64,000 nt of DNA, from assembly GCA_027064425.1 (NCBI GenBank), contig JAMOPO010000003.1, positions 32,001 through 96,000 of the forward strand. Reading direction: 5' to 3'. The first letter of the stretch is position 1; each line of letters starts with the position of its first letter. This DNA is from Methanobacteriota archaeon (GTDB lineage Archaea > JAADCQ01 > Methanopyri > Methanopyrales > Methanopyraceae). This document shows positions 49,407 through 59,926 of the stretch, in pieces. A model generated the notes under the pieces. That model did not search any database. It was not told where the DNA came from and saw only the letters and a program-made list of their open reading frames with translations. A program made the position numbers and the translations under genes.

Positions 49407-50324
49407 TTGGAGGCCTGGTCGGCCCTGGCGGTCATGGTCGGGTGCTTCGTGGGTTTTCATTACCTTTCCGAGCTCCTCGTGCGGGCGTCGGTGGCGATCG
49501 GCAGGAGACTGGACCTCTCCGAATCCGCCGTCGGTGCCACCCTCGCCGCCGCGGGAACCAGTGCCCCCGAGCTGGGCTCCTCCGTGGCATCCGTCCTGAT
49601 GGGACACTCCGATATCGGCGTGGGGACCGTGCTGGGCTCGGCCGTCTACAACGTGACGGTCATCCCGGCCGTCTCCGCCCTCGCCGCCGGCGGCCTGCTG
49701 CTGGACGAGAGCGTGTACCGGCGGGACGTGCTCTTTTACCTACTCTCCCTCGGGCTCGTGCTGGCCAGCATGTGGGACGGCGCGGTCACGCGATGGGAGG
49801 CCCTTACTTGGGTGGCCGCCTACCTCGCGTACCTGTCCTTAATGGGTGGGGGAGAGGAGGTTGAAGAGGGCTCCGAGATGTCGCCGAAGCGGGCGATCCT
49901 CGCCCTAACCGCCTCGATAGCGGGCATCGCCGTGTTCTCCGAACTCGTCGTGCGAGCGACCGTCGACCTGTGTCGGGCCACGGGGCTCGCCGAGTCCAAG
50001 GTGAGCTCGATTCTCAACGCCGTGGGCACCTCGGTCCCGGACACGCTCGCCTCCGTGCACGCCGCCCGGCGCGGGCTCGGTAGCATGGCCGTGGCCAACG
50101 CGGTGGGCAGCAACGTGTTCGACCTGCTCGTCTGCCTGGGCGTGCCCCTCTCCCTGAACCGGGCGACACCCGTGCGCGAGCACTTCGGGCTGCTCGCGGC
50201 GGGACTCACGGCCTGCGTCGTCCTGCTGTACGTCGTCCTCCGGGACCGGGAGTTGGACGCCCGGGAGTCCGTCGCGCTGCTCCTGGCCTACGCCGGCTTC
50301 GCCTGGCTCCTGGCGCTGGGCTGA
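49407..50324 (+). CDS. Ca2+/Na+ antiporter (CaCA/YrbG)
   Basis: GTSAPE...GSAVYN and GTSVPD...GSNVFD alpha repeats. Confidence 0.92.
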   Translation: MEAWSALAVMVGCFVGFHYLSELLVRASVAIGRRLDLSESAVGATLAAAGTSAPELGSSVASVLMGHSDIGVGTVLGSAVYNVTVIPAVSALAAGGLLLDESVYRRDVLFYLLSLGLVLASMWDGAVTRWEALTWVAAYLAYLSLMGGGEEVEEGSEMSPKRAILALTASIAGIAVFSELVVRATVDLCRATGLAESKVSSILNAVGTSVPDTLASVHAARRGLGSMAVANAVGSNVFDLLVCLGVPLSLNRATPVREHFGLLAAGLTACVVLLYVVLRDRELDARESVALLLAYAGFAWLLALG

Positions 50325-50376
50325 CGGGGGACTTATGTACCCGGTCACCCACCGCACCGGCTGCCGGGGTGAGGGT

Positions 50377-51396
50377 ATGCGGCTGGAGGACTGGGAGGGG
50401 CGCTCCTGGGAGCGGGTGGAAGACGATACGATCCGGTGCCTGGTGTGCCCGCGTCGCTGCACGATCCCCGAGGGTGAGCGGGGCTTCTGCCGGGTCCGCG
50501 AGAACGATGGGGGCGTCCTAAAGCTCCTCACGCACGGCCGGGCCAGCTCCGCGGTCCCCGATCCGATCGAGAAGAAGCCGCTGTTTCACTACAAGCCGGG
50601 CACGGACGTGTTCTCTCTGGGGACCGTGGGCTGCAACTTCCGGTGCCGACACTGCCAGAACTGGCAGATCAGCCAGGCGGGTCCGGACGAGGTACCGCTC
50701 GAGGACTGGTCGGCCGACCGGGTCGTCAAGGGTGCTAAGAGGACCGGGTGTGAGAGCGTCGCGTTCACCTACAACGAGCCCATAATCAACCTTGAGTACA
50801 CGATCGAGGTCTTCGAGCGCTGCCGGGACGAGGACCTGGGCTGCGTGTACGTGACCAACGGGTTCGCGACGAAATCGACCGCGAGACTGCTAGGTGAAGT
50901 CCTGGACGCGGCCAACGTCGACTTGAAGGCGTTCACCGAGGAGTTCTACAAGGATGTCGCGAAGGGCGAGCTAAAACCGGTCCTCAGGACCTGCAAGGTC
51001 TGGAAGAAGATGGGCGTTCACGTGGAGCTGACCACCCTCGTGATCCCGGGTCACAACGATTCGGAGGAGGAGGCCCGCGAGATCGCGCGCTGGATCAGGA
51101 AGGAGCTCGGTCCGGAGACGCCCTGGCACGTGAGCAGGTTCCATCCCGACTACAAGATGTTGGACAAGCCACCCACGCCCGTGGACACGATCGAGCGCTT
51201 CGTGGAGATCGGGTACGAGGAGGGGCTGTACTACGTCTACGCGGGGAACGTCCCGGGACACAAGTACGAGCACACGTACTGCCCGGAGTGTAAACGGCCC
51301 GTGGTGAAGCGCCGCGGCTTCGCGGTCACGGAGATGCACGTGACGGACGACTTCCACTGCGAGTACTGCGATGCGGAGCTCCACTTCGTGACCTAG
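50377..51396 (+). CDS. amrS: AmmeMemoRadiSam system radical SAM enzyme
   Basis: CPRRC, GFCRVR, DPIEKKPLFH, CNFRCRHCQN, FTYNEP, SRFHP. Confidence 0.92.
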   Translation: MRLEDWEGRSWERVEDDTIRCLVCPRRCTIPEGERGFCRVRENDGGVLKLLTHGRASSAVPDPIEKKPLFHYKPGTDVFSLGTVGCNFRCRHCQNWQISQAGPDEVPLEDWSADRVVKGAKRTGCESVAFTYNEPIINLEYTIEVFERCRDEDLGCVYVTNGFATKSTARLLGEVLDAANVDLKAFTEEFYKDVAKGELKPVLRTCKVWKKMGVHVELTTLVIPGHNDSEEEAREIARWIRKELGPETPWHVSRFHPDYKMLDKPPTPVDTIERFVEIGYEEGLYYVYAGNVPGHKYEHTYCPECKRPVVKRRGFAVTEMHVTDDFHCEYCDAELHFVT

Positions 51397-51400
51397 GTGG

Positions 51401-51465
51401 CGGGTCGGCCAATCGAGGCGTCTTCATCGCGCGAGGCTCCAGACGGCCCACACTCGTCATACCCG
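51401..51465 (-). ncRNA. Box C/D guide sRNA
   Basis: CGGGT/ACCCG stem; C ATGACGA, guide GTGTGGGCCGT, C' GCGATGA, guide AGACGCCTCGATTGG, D CCGA. Confidence 0.78.
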
Positions 51466-51479
51466 GGGCGTGTAATCGG

Positions 51480-52298
51480 GTGAGCGTGAGGGCCTACCTG
51501 GAGCTCGCGCGGCCCATTAACTGCGCCATGGCCGCGGTGGGCGTGGTCATCGGGGAGCTGATCTCCGGCGCTCACGACCCGCTTAGGGCCGCACTGGCCC
51601 CGGTTGTGGCGGCGGTCGTCTGCGCGGGTGGGAACGCGATCAACGACTACTTCGACGCGGAGGTGGACGCCATTAACCGGCCCGATCGACCCATCCCCAG
51701 CGGCCGGGTCTCGCGCCGGGCCGCTCGCAGGTTCGCTCTGGGCTGCTTCGCGCTCGGGACGGGGCTCGCGGTCCCCATTAACCTCACGTGTCTGGGGATC
51801 GCGGCGGTGAACTCGGCCCTCCTGTACGCCTACTCCGCGAGGCTGAAGGGCACGCCGCTGGTGGGGAACGCGGTCGTCTCTTACCTGGTAGGCTCCTGCT
51901 TCCTGTTCGGGGCGGCCGTGGGTGCGCGACCGTCCCCGGCCGCGTGGCTGTTCCTGCTCGCGTTCCTGTCCAACTTGGTGCGGGAGGTGCTCAAGGACGT
52001 GGAGGACGTGGAGGGGGACGCGGCTCAGGACCTCAGGACGTTACCGGTCGTGTGCGGGGAACGGACGGCGCTGCTCGTGGCCGCCGGGCTGGGCGGGGTT
52101 CTCCTGGCCGTCACCCCGCTGCCCTACCTGAGGGGGGTGGTGGGTTGGCCCTACCCGGTGCTGGCGCTGCCGGCGGCTGGCATCATCTTCGGCGCGTCGG
52201 TCCTGGCGAGCCTGGGATGGGACGTGGGGAAGGCGCAGAGGGCGGTTAAGGGAGGGATGGTGCTGGGCCTGCTGGCGTTCCTGGCCCCGCTGGTTTAG
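51480..52298 (+). CDS. Digeranylgeranylglyceryl phosphate synthase (UbiA family)
   Basis: LARPIN, INDYFDAEVDAINRPDRPIPSG, KDVEDVEGD. Confidence 0.9.
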   Translation: MSVRAYLELARPINCAMAAVGVVIGELISGAHDPLRAALAPVVAAVVCAGGNAINDYFDAEVDAINRPDRPIPSGRVSRRAARRFALGCFALGTGLAVPINLTCLGIAAVNSALLYAYSARLKGTPLVGNAVVSYLVGSCFLFGAAVGARPSPAAWLFLLAFLSNLVREVLKDVEDVEGDAAQDLRTLPVVCGERTALLVAAGLGGVLLAVTPLPYLRGVVGWPYPVLALPAAGIIFGASVLASLGWDVGKAQRAVKGGMVLGLLAFLAPLV

Positions 52299-53422
52299 TC
52301 GCCCTCCTCCAGGTCCTCGAAGCGGTCCTCGAGCTTCTTCAGCACGTCGGGCAGCGTGGTGTATTCCAGTTCCTCCTCGGACAGCAGGTGCGGCTGGAAC
52401 GGTCCGTGGCTGCGGATGTAGTCGGCGATCTCGTTCGCTAGCTTCCTAGCCCGCTCGAAGGCCGGGTCGTCGAAGAGGTCCTGCGGTCCGATCAGCTCGC
52501 CGTTCCTCAGCTGGAAGCCCAGCGCCATGATCCGCGGAGGACCGTCGAACCGAGTCGGGTGCGCCTCATCCTCTGAGACCGGCATCAGCGGGCCATTGTG
52601 GCTGCCTCGCATCCAGCCGGCCACCAGGTGCGGCATGGCGAACGGCTCCAGCACCTCACCCAGCGCCGGGAAGCCGCTCTGGCAGCGGACGATCGCGACC
52701 GGGTCGTCCTTGCCCACGTACTCGCCGGCGATCAGGTTGAGCCGCTCGGTGCTGGTGACCGCAGCGATCCGCTCCTCCTCCGGCTCGTCACCCTTCTTGT
52801 ACACGCGCTTGATGGCGTAGCGCTGGGTCTGGCCGATCAGCGCGAGCAGGTCGTACATCTCCTCCGGGCACTTCAGGATCACCTTCTTCTGGTCGATCAC
52901 GTCGTGCACCTCGAACTCGAACCCGTCGTGCATGCTCGGGTCCAGCACCAGGCCGGCCGTGTTGTTCGGGTCCGCGAAGATGCGGAACAGCGGCAGGTTG
53001 AACGCGCTCGGCTCCGTCTTGTCGCAGCAGAACACGACGATCGGCTCGCTGGGTCGCTCCACCAGCTCCATCTCGGCCGCGCCGGGGCCCAGGCCGCGCA
53101 CGTTGCCGCTGAACGCGTCGGACAGCAGGTCCTGACCGGCGCCGTACAGTTTCAGGTCCTTGGCGACCTCCGTCGCCTCCTGGAAGGCCTTCCACGCCAG
53201 CTCGTGCACCTTCTCGTCGTCGGGACCGCGCGTGTGGGTCATGATCAAGTCGATGTCATCGCCGCACCGGGTCACGTAGAAGTCGATGAGGATCTCGTCC
53301 TTCGCCTCCTCCAGCACGCCCTCACACGCCTCCAGCAGCTCCGGGTGCGCCTCCGAGTGGCCCGGGAACCCGCCCACGTCCGCCTTGATCACGCTGACGG
53401 TGATCTTCTCCTCCTCGGACAA
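52295..53422 (-). CDS. fbp: Fructose-1,6-bisphosphate aldolase/phosphatase (class V)
   Basis: IKADVGG, GDDIDL, YGAGQDLL, YVGKDDP, GWMRGSH, RFDGPP. Confidence 0.97.
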   Translation of the reverse strand: MSEEEKITVSVIKADVGGFPGHSEAHPELLEACEGVLEEAKDEILIDFYVTRCGDDIDLIMTHTRGPDDEKVHELAWKAFQEATEVAKDLKLYGAGQDLLSDAFSGNVRGLGPGAAEMELVERPSEPIVVFCCDKTEPSAFNLPLFRIFADPNNTAGLVLDPSMHDGFEFEVHDVIDQKKVILKCPEEMYDLLALIGQTQRYAIKRVYKKGDEPEEERIAAVTSTERLNLIAGEYVGKDDPVAIVRCQSGFPALGEVLEPFAMPHLVAGWMRGSHNGPLMPVSEDEAHPTRFDGPPRIMALGFQLRNGELIGPQDLFDDPAFERARKLANEIADYIRSHGPFQPHLLSEEELEYTTLPDVLKKLEDRFEDLEEGD

Positions 53423-53471
53423 GCAGCACACCCCCAGCTCAGGTGAGTCGTGGTCGTTAAAAGCGGCACGG

Positions 53472-53831
53472 TCAGTCGCCCTGCAGCCGCATGATGGCCT
53501 CCGCCAGGTCCCCGTTCGTCTCCTCCAGCGCCTTCCTCGCCTCCTCTTCCGACACGCCGGCGCGCTCCGCCACCAGCCTGACGTCCTCCTCCGTGAACGG
53601 CTGCTCCTCCCGCTCCTCCTCCGGCTCCTCGCGCCGGGCCTTCCCGGCGACCTGGTAGAACTCCTGCCCCATCAGCTTCATCTTGACCACCTGAGGCTGG
53701 TCGAAGACCAGCCTCGAGCCGTCCTCGAGCTCCATGATGACCCGTTCAGCCTTCACCTCCTCCTGCTCCATCCCCATCTCTCGCATCAGCCGCTGGAGCT
53801 TCCTGGGATCGATCTTCCCGCCGGGGAACAA
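53472..53831 (-). CDS. nac: Nascent polypeptide-associated complex protein (aeNAC)
   Basis: [13 protein letters not shown]...YQV...EEDVRLVAE...NGDLAEAIM. Confidence 0.93.
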   Translation of the reverse strand: MFPGGKIDPRKLQRLMREMGMEQEEVKAERVIMELEDGSRLVFDQPQVVKMKLMGQEFYQVAGKARREEPEEEREEQPFTEEDVRLVAERAGVSEEEARKALEETNGDLAEAIMRLQGD

Positions 53832-53875
53832 GCTCCAACCCCCCGGGTCGGAGGGAGCCGAGCCTAAAAATCCCC

Positions 53876-54331
53876 TCAGCCCAGCCCGCGCCGGACCCGT
53901 ACGGCCACCCCGTCCTCGAAGTACCTCATCTCCCAACCGGACAGCCGGGCCCGGCCCACCGCCAGCAGCTCGTCGTCCTCCGTCACGACCAGGCACTCGT
54001 CGCCCGGCCGCAGCTCCTCCCACCCCTCCACCGCGTACTCGCAGAACAGGTCCCGGCCCCGCCGGACGGCGTCGGCCCACTCCTCCGAGCACACCACCCG
54101 GTGCTCGGGAAACTCCGTCGCCCCGTGCAGCCGGCGCGCCCCCTCCGGCGCCAGCGACGCCAGCCCGTCGGACGCCCGGATCGTGCACAGGCGCTTCCCG
54201 TCCACGAACACCTCCCTGGGCCGGCCGCGGCGCACGCGCACCTCTACCTCCCCATCCAGCATGGCCTTGGCCACGGTCCTGCCGAACTGATACGCCAGGA
54301 TCCCCTCCACGATCCGGACGTACCGATCCAA
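53876..54331 (-). CDS. PUA-domain protein (C-terminal part of archaeosine TGT)
   Basis: YQFG, RASDG, GRDLF, LRPGDE, LAVG, GVAVRVR. Confidence 0.85.
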   Translation of the reverse strand: MDRYVRIVEGILAYQFGRTVAKAMLDGEVEVRVRRGRPREVFVDGKRLCTIRASDGLASLAPEGARRLHGATEFPEHRVVCSEEWADAVRRGRDLFCEYAVEGWEELRPGDECLVVTEDDELLAVGRARLSGWEMRYFEDGVAVRVRRGLG

Positions 54332-54345
54332 GCGGGGGCACCCCC

Positions 54346-55686
54346 GTGGACGCCTCCCGGATCCTGCGCCGGGCCGAGGAGCGCGCGGACGCCGCCATCG
54401 TGTACGAGCTCGAGACCGAGCGCACCGAGGTGGAGGCCGTGAACGGCGAGCTCCGCCGAGCGGACCCGGAGCGGCACCGAGGCGTCGCGCTGAGGATCCT
54501 CAGAGACGGTGCCTGGCGCGTGGCCCACTCCACGAAACCCAACGAGGAGGACCTCCTTAAGTCCGCCGTCCGGGCTCCGGGCCGCGGAACCGCCGACATA
54601 CCCGACGAGCCGCCCCAAGCGACCGGAAAACACGACTGGACGGGGCGCGTGCACCCGCTCGACGCCCTGGACGAGGTGGCCGAGCTGGCCCGGGAGCTCT
54701 CGAAAGAGACCCCACACGACTGCGAGATCCGCTGCGTTGCCAGCTCCTCTAAGTACCGAGTCCTGACCTCCTGGGGCACCGAGGCGGAGCTTCACCTGTA
54801 CCGAGTTTCCTACAGCGTGAGGGTCAGCGACCGGGGCGAGAACGGTCGAGAAGAATACTACGAGCGGGACGGTGCCACCGCCGCCGGTCCGGAGCGGTTC
54901 CTCGAGCGCTGCGAGCGCCTGCTCGACCGGGCCTCCCGCCGCCTTCGCGACCTTCTCGAGGCGGAGCCCGGCCCCGACCGGGCCGAGCGCGTGGTGATCG
55001 ACCCCGAGCTCCTCGGCGTCCTCGTGCACGAGGCGTTCGGCCACGCCACCGAGGGCGACCTCGTGGCACGGGGCGAGTCCATCCTCCGGGGCAAGATCGG
55101 GGAGCGGGTCGCGTCCGAGTGCGTCACGGTCGTGGACGACCCCACCGAGCCCGGCCCCTTCGGGTCCTATCCCTTCGATGACGAGGGGATCGAGGGCCGG
55201 TGCACGGTCCTCGTCAGGGAGGGCGTCCTCGAGTCCTACCTCACGGATCTCACCTCCGCGGCGGAGCTCGACGCGCCGCCCACCGGGAACGGCAGGATCG
55301 AGGCCTTGGGTGACCACGTGCAGACCCGGATGAGCGTGACGTACGTGGAGCCGGGGGACGCGGACCGGGAGGAGCTGTTCGAGGAGGCCGGGGACGGCGC
55401 GGTCTACCTGCTGGGCTCCAAGGGCGGTCAGACGGACACGGCCACGGGCCACTTCCAGTTCTCGGCCAAGCTGGGCTACGTTCTGGAGGACGGCGAGCCG
55501 GCCCGGCCCGTGCGCGACGTCGGGCTCACCGGGCACACGCTGGAGCTCCTCCGGGGCGTCGAGCTCCTCTCCAAGGACCTGCGCCTGCACGCGGGCTACT
55601 GCGGGAAGGGCGGGCAGCTGGTGCCCGTCTCCGACGGCGGCCCCCACGCGCTCGTCGAGGGGCCGTTCAACCTCAGATCGGGGTGA
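54346..55686 (+). CDS. tldD: TldD metalloprotease
   Basis: [34 protein letters not shown]. Confidence 0.92.
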   Translation: MDASRILRRAEERADAAIVYELETERTEVEAVNGELRRADPERHRGVALRILRDGAWRVAHSTKPNEEDLLKSAVRAPGRGTADIPDEPPQATGKHDWTGRVHPLDALDEVAELARELSKETPHDCEIRCVASSSKYRVLTSWGTEAELHLYRVSYSVRVSDRGENGREEYYERDGATAAGPERFLERCERLLDRASRRLRDLLEAEPGPDRAERVVIDPELLGVLVHEAFGHATEGDLVARGESILRGKIGERVASECVTVVDDPTEPGPFGSYPFDDEGIEGRCTVLVREGVLESYLTDLTSAAELDAPPTGNGRIEALGDHVQTRMSVTYVEPGDADREELFEEAGDGAVYLLGSKGGQTDTATGHFQFSAKLGYVLEDGEPARPVRDVGLTGHTLELLRGVELLSKDLRLHAGYCGKGGQLVPVSDGGPHALVEGPFNLRSG

Positions 55687-56921
55687 GAGGGTTGACCGAC
55701 CCGCTGGAGTCGATCGAGCCGGGTCGCGCCCTGCTGCTGGAGGTCGAGGTCGAGCGGGTCGAGCTCGAGCGGCTGGAGGAGTCGGGTGACCGGGTCAGCC
55801 GCTCCGAGACCACCACGCGGGTGGCCCGGGTGACCACCGACGACGGCCTCGGGGTGGCGGTCTCCACGGAGGGTGAGGACTACGCGGAGCTCGTGGAGCG
55901 CGCGAGGCGCACCGCCGAGGCGGGGGTTGGACACCCCGTCAGCTACCCTGAGGAGGTGCGGGCCCGCCGGGTCCGCGCCCACGACGAGAGGGCCACCGAC
56001 GTGGAGCGGCTGCGGGAGCTGCTGGAGACCGTGGAGGCGGAGGTACCGGGGGACGTCACCCTCTCCTCGGTCGCGGTCACGGGTACGCTCCGACGAGTCA
56101 GGGTCCGCGTCCCCGGCCAGGACTGGGTCGAAAGGCTGGAGTCCACGGTCTCCCTGACCGTCGACGTCGTCGGCGAGTTCTCCGGAGCGGCCTGGGACAC
56201 CACCGTCGGGCCCGACGACCTGAGCGCGGAGAGGCTCGCCGAAGAGGCCGTGGAGATGGCCGCCGAGGCCCCGGAGGTCAGCCCACCGGAGGGTGAGGTC
56301 CGCGCCGCGTTCGACCCGGTGGCGGTGGCCGACCTGCTCTCGTACACGCTGATACCGGCCCTATCGGGGCTAGAGGTGGCGAAAGGGACCAGCGCCTTCG
56401 ACCGGGAGGACCTGGGTCGCCGGGTGATCGAGGGCGACGTCGACGCCCTCAACGACCCCGTCAGGGACGGGTGGCCGGGATCTTACGGGTTCGACGATGA
56501 GGGGGTCAGGCCGGAGCGGGTGGAGCTGGTGCGCGACGGGAGGCTCCGGGCCCTTTACACGGACCTTTACTCGGCAGAAAAGCTCGGGCTGGACCCCACG
56601 GGCAGCGGCCTGGGCAGCCGACGCCCGGAGCCCGCCCCGGGGAACGTCCTGGTGCAGGGTGATGCCGGCGCGGAGGAGCTTTTGGAGGAGGCGGACCTGA
56701 TCGTAAGGAGGGTGATGGGAGCGCACACGGCGAGCCACGTCAGCGGGCGCTTCTCGGTTACCGGGCTCTGGGTGGAGGACGCGGACGGCCGGCGCGTGAA
56801 GCCCTGCTCGCTCCGCGGCAACGTGTTGTCGGACCTCCTCGCGGTCTCCCGCTGGGTCCGACGAGTCGGGTCCTTGGGCGCGCCTTACGCGCTGATGAGG
56901 TGCCGCGCGGGTACAAGTTGA
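55683..56921 (+). CDS. pmbA: TldE/PmbA partner subunit
   Basis: FDDEG, GAHT..VSGRFS; lacks HExxH; coupled to tldD. Confidence 0.85.
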   Translation: MRGLTDPLESIEPGRALLLEVEVERVELERLEESGDRVSRSETTTRVARVTTDDGLGVAVSTEGEDYAELVERARRTAEAGVGHPVSYPEEVRARRVRAHDERATDVERLRELLETVEAEVPGDVTLSSVAVTGTLRRVRVRVPGQDWVERLESTVSLTVDVVGEFSGAAWDTTVGPDDLSAERLAEEAVEMAAEAPEVSPPEGEVRAAFDPVAVADLLSYTLIPALSGLEVAKGTSAFDREDLGRRVIEGDVDALNDPVRDGWPGSYGFDDEGVRPERVELVRDGRLRALYTDLYSAEKLGLDPTGSGLGSRRPEPAPGNVLVQGDAGAEELLEEADLIVRRVMGAHTASHVSGRFSVTGLWVEDADGRRVKPCSLRGNVLSDLLAVSRWVRRVGSLGAPYALMRCRAGTS

Positions 56922-57044
56922 CCGGTACTCCACGCGCGAGTCGCGGGGAAACCGTCAACCCGGCCGCGGCGCACTATCTATTCTCTCCCTCCCCAACCCG
57001 GTACCGCCCCCGGTCCCGCGAGGCGGCGTCGGGGGGAGCCGAGC

Positions 57045-57557
57045 GTGGTATCCCCGTACCGCGTCTACACTTTACCAAGAGTTATGGAACGGTTTTACGA
57101 GCCCAGATGGGGGCGGCGGGCCCGGCGGGAGGACAGGTGGTACTTCGGGGCCCTGGAGCTCGAGCCCCTGACGGAGGATGATCTGGAACTGAGGGAGATC
57201 GTGCTGAACGTTCCCGTCTCGGAGGCCAACCTGCTCACTGACAGGAAGTTCAAGAACCGGAAGCGTGACGCCGCGTACGCGTCGTTTCTGCTCCAACCCG
57301 GCCCGCACAAAGCCGACGCGCACGATCACGAGGTGAACAGCATACCTGTCTCCGTTCGCATCCCGTGGCCGAGGGACGTTGAGGCGCCGAGTGAAATCAG
57401 CCTGGTGCCCGGCTCGCTGACCGACCACCGCCGGTTCTGCTTCACCGTACCCTGCCCGCCCGAAACGGAGAGGTTTTCGGAGAAGGTGCTGGTCACCGCG
57501 GCGCTCTTCAGGACGCTGGCCCTCCGCGAGGACCTGGGCGCGCCCGTCCGCTACTGA
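57045..57557 (+). CDS. Hypothetical protein
   Basis: 170-aa ORF with RBS; no motif. Confidence 0.6.
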   Translation: MVSPYRVYTLPRVMERFYEPRWGRRARREDRWYFGALELEPLTEDDLELREIVLNVPVSEANLLTDRKFKNRKRDAAYASFLLQPGPHKADAHDHEVNSIPVSVRIPWPRDVEAPSEISLVPGSLTDHRRFCFTVPCPPETERFSEKVLVTAALFRTLALREDLGAPVRY

Positions 57558-57597
57558 TAAGTCGCCCCGCGCCCCTCCCCGCTCGGGGCCCCCGTTC

Positions 57598-58989
57598 GTG
57601 CCTAAGGTGAGGATCGGATTCGAGGTCCACGTGCAGCTGGACACCGAGAGCAAGCTCTTCTGCCGGTGTCCCACGGACTATGAGGAGGCGGAGCCGAACG
57701 AGAACACTTGTCCCATCTGCACCGGCATGCCCGGTGCCAAGCCCCTGCCACCCAACCGCGAGGCCCTGCTTACCGCGCTGGAGATCGCCTACATGCTGGG
57801 CTGCAAGCCCGTGATCGGGAAACAGCTCTACTTCCAGAGGAAGCACTACGATTACCCGGACCTCCCGTCCGGGTACCAGAGAACGAGCACCCCCATCGCC
57901 GTCGACGGCGAGCTGGACGGCGTCCGCATCCGCGAGATCCACGTCGAGGAGGACCCGGGACGCTGGGACCCCTCCACGGGCCGCGTCGACTACAACCGCA
58001 GCGGCATCCCGCTCATCGAGATCGTCACGGAGCCGGACATGAGCTCGCCCGAGGAGGCGCGCGACTTCCTCCGCCGGCTACTCCAGGTTCTGCGCTACTC
58101 CGGGAAGGTGAAGGGTGACGGCGGGATCCGCGTCGACGCCAACGTGTCGGTCGAGGGTGGGGCCCGCGTCGAGATCAAGAACATCAACTCGATCAAGGGC
58201 GTGTACCGGGCGCTCAAGTTCGAGATTCAGCGCCAGCTGAACCTGCTGAAGCACGGCAAGGAGGTCCGGCGCGAGACCCGCGCCTACCGGGAGGATCAGG
58301 GCACGACCGTGCCGATGCGGGCCAAGGAGACGGCGGAGGACTACCGCTACATCCCGGACCCGGACATCCCGCCGTTCGAGATCACGGAGGACATGTGGGA
58401 AGAGGCGGTGGCGAGGGCGCCCGAGCCGCCGCACAAGCGTGCGGAGCGGCTGGTGGAGGAGTACGGGATCTCCAAGGAGGCGGCGGAGGCGCTGGTCACC
58501 GAGCGGGAGTGGGCCGACTTCTTCGAGGAGGTGGCGCAGAAGGCCCCGGACGACTGGGAGATCGAGTTCATCGATCAGTGGGTGCGGAAGGAGCTGAAGA
58601 AGATTCTCAACAAGAAGGAGCTCTCCTTCCGCGAGGCCAAGATCGAGCCGGAGGACCTCATCGAGCTGATGAAGCTGGTCCGGGAGGGCAAGGTCACCCG
58701 GCAGAACGCGCTGAACGCGCTCTGGGAGGCGGTAGACTCGGACAAGAGTCCGGTCGAGGTCATCGAGGAGGAGGGGCTCCTGCGAGTCAGCGACGAGGAG
58801 AAGCTGGCCGAGGTGGTGGAGGAGGTGATCGAGGAGAACCCGCAGGCGGTGAAAGACTACAAGTCCGGCAAGGAGGAGGCCATCCACTACCTCATGGGGC
58901 AGGTCATGCGGAAGACGCGCGGCAAGGCCGACCCGGACGTCACCATGAAGCTGCTGAGGGAGCGGCTGGGCGAGCCCGGCGAGGACTAG
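57598..58989 (+). CDS. gatB: Asp/Glu-tRNA amidotransferase subunit B
   Basis: IGFEVHVQL, KLFC, YPDLP, HVEED, DYNRSG, EIKNINS, DYRY. Confidence 0.96.
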   Translation: MPKVRIGFEVHVQLDTESKLFCRCPTDYEEAEPNENTCPICTGMPGAKPLPPNREALLTALEIAYMLGCKPVIGKQLYFQRKHYDYPDLPSGYQRTSTPIAVDGELDGVRIREIHVEEDPGRWDPSTGRVDYNRSGIPLIEIVTEPDMSSPEEARDFLRRLLQVLRYSGKVKGDGGIRVDANVSVEGGARVEIKNINSIKGVYRALKFEIQRQLNLLKHGKEVRRETRAYREDQGTTVPMRAKETAEDYRYIPDPDIPPFEITEDMWEEAVARAPEPPHKRAERLVEEYGISKEAAEALVTEREWADFFEEVAQKAPDDWEIEFIDQWVRKELKKILNKKELSFREAKIEPEDLIELMKLVREGKVTRQNALNALWEAVDSDKSPVEVIEEEGLLRVSDEEKLAEVVEEVIEENPQAVKDYKSGKEEAIHYLMGQVMRKTRGKADPDVTMKLLRERLGEPGED

Positions 58990-59678
58990 CGCCGGCCCTC
59001 GCACCGGAGCACCAGGGTCGGCGTGTCGGGGAAGCGCTCCGCCCACACCCGCTCAAACGACTCCCTCAGCGCCTCGTGCAGCCGATCCTGCCACCCCGGA
59101 TCGCGGCCGGCGAAGACCGAAGCCGTCCCACCTCGCCGGACCCTCCTCGCCAGCTCCGCTAGAAACTCCCTCGAAAACAGGCGCGGGTTGCGCCGCGGGC
59201 AGGGCCCGCCATCGTGCACCAGGTGATCGAAGTAGCCCCGGGGCAGCTCGGGAACGACCTCCACCGCGTCCCCAAGGATCAGCCTGACCCTGTCGTCCCT
59301 GAGAGCCTCGGAGAACTCCTCGACCGGGTTCCGATACAGTGCTATGGCCAGCATCTTCGGATCGATCTCGATCGACACGAGCAGCTTGGGGTGACCCCAC
59401 TCGAGCGTCGCCCACGCCGTTCGACCCAGCCCGGTGCCGATCTCCAGGACCGCCCCGCGGGCCCGCTCGGGCCAGGCAATCACGTACCCCTTGACGCCCA
59501 TCTTGCCCACCTCGAAGCGATTTCTCCCGTGACCCAGTCCTCCCGTGCGGCTTTTAACGTACTGAAAAACCTCGGACTCCGAGAGCCCCTCGGCCCACTC
59601 CCTGTACCGAGCGGCCGCCTCGCGGGCCCGCTCATCCTCGCGCCGCAGCCACTCCTCGAAACCCGGGGGTGAGGACAC
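58986..59678 (-). CDS. SAM-dependent methyltransferase (spermidine-synthase-like)
   Basis: LEIGTGLG, IEID, LGDA, FDHLVHD. Confidence 0.8.
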   Translation of the reverse strand: MSSPPGFEEWLRREDERAREAAARYREWAEGLSESEVFQYVKSRTGGLGHGRNRFEVGKMGVKGYVIAWPERARGAVLEIGTGLGRTAWATLEWGHPKLLVSIEIDPKMLAIALYRNPVEEFSEALRDDRVRLILGDAVEVVPELPRGYFDHLVHDGGPCPRRNPRLFSREFLAELARRVRRGGTASVFAGRDPGWQDRLHEALRESFERVWAERFPDTPTLVLRCEGRR

Positions 59679-59926
59679 TGTCCGAAGACCCCCTGCGCGG
59701 CTATGAGCCGGGCGTCAAGGACTACCTGGCCCGGTGCACGACGGATGAGGAGGCGCTGGAGGTGATCGAGTACCTCCGCAAGCGGGGCGAGCTGGACGAG
59801 GAGGAGGCGGAGAAGCTGGAGAGCAAGATTAAGAGGGAGGGAGTCCGGAGCATCGTGGAGCGGCGCGAGTTCGGGTACTATCTGGAGCGTTACTACGACC
59901 CGGACAAGAAGGAGTACCGAGGGTGA
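59678..59926 (+). CDS. DUF2095-family protein
   Basis: GYEP...LARCTTDEEALEVIEYL.KRGE...GYY; probable CTG start after GGGGGTGA. Confidence 0.8.
   Translation: MSEDPLRGYEPGVKDYLARCTTDEEALEVIEYLRKRGELDEEEAEKLESKIKREGVRSIVERREFGYYLERYYDPDKKEYRG

Noticed and set aside
56922-57044. Possible sRNA in the pmbA downstream gap
   Set aside because: No C/D or H/ACA boxes, only weak GC hairpins and a pyrimidine run consistent with a terminator or promoter
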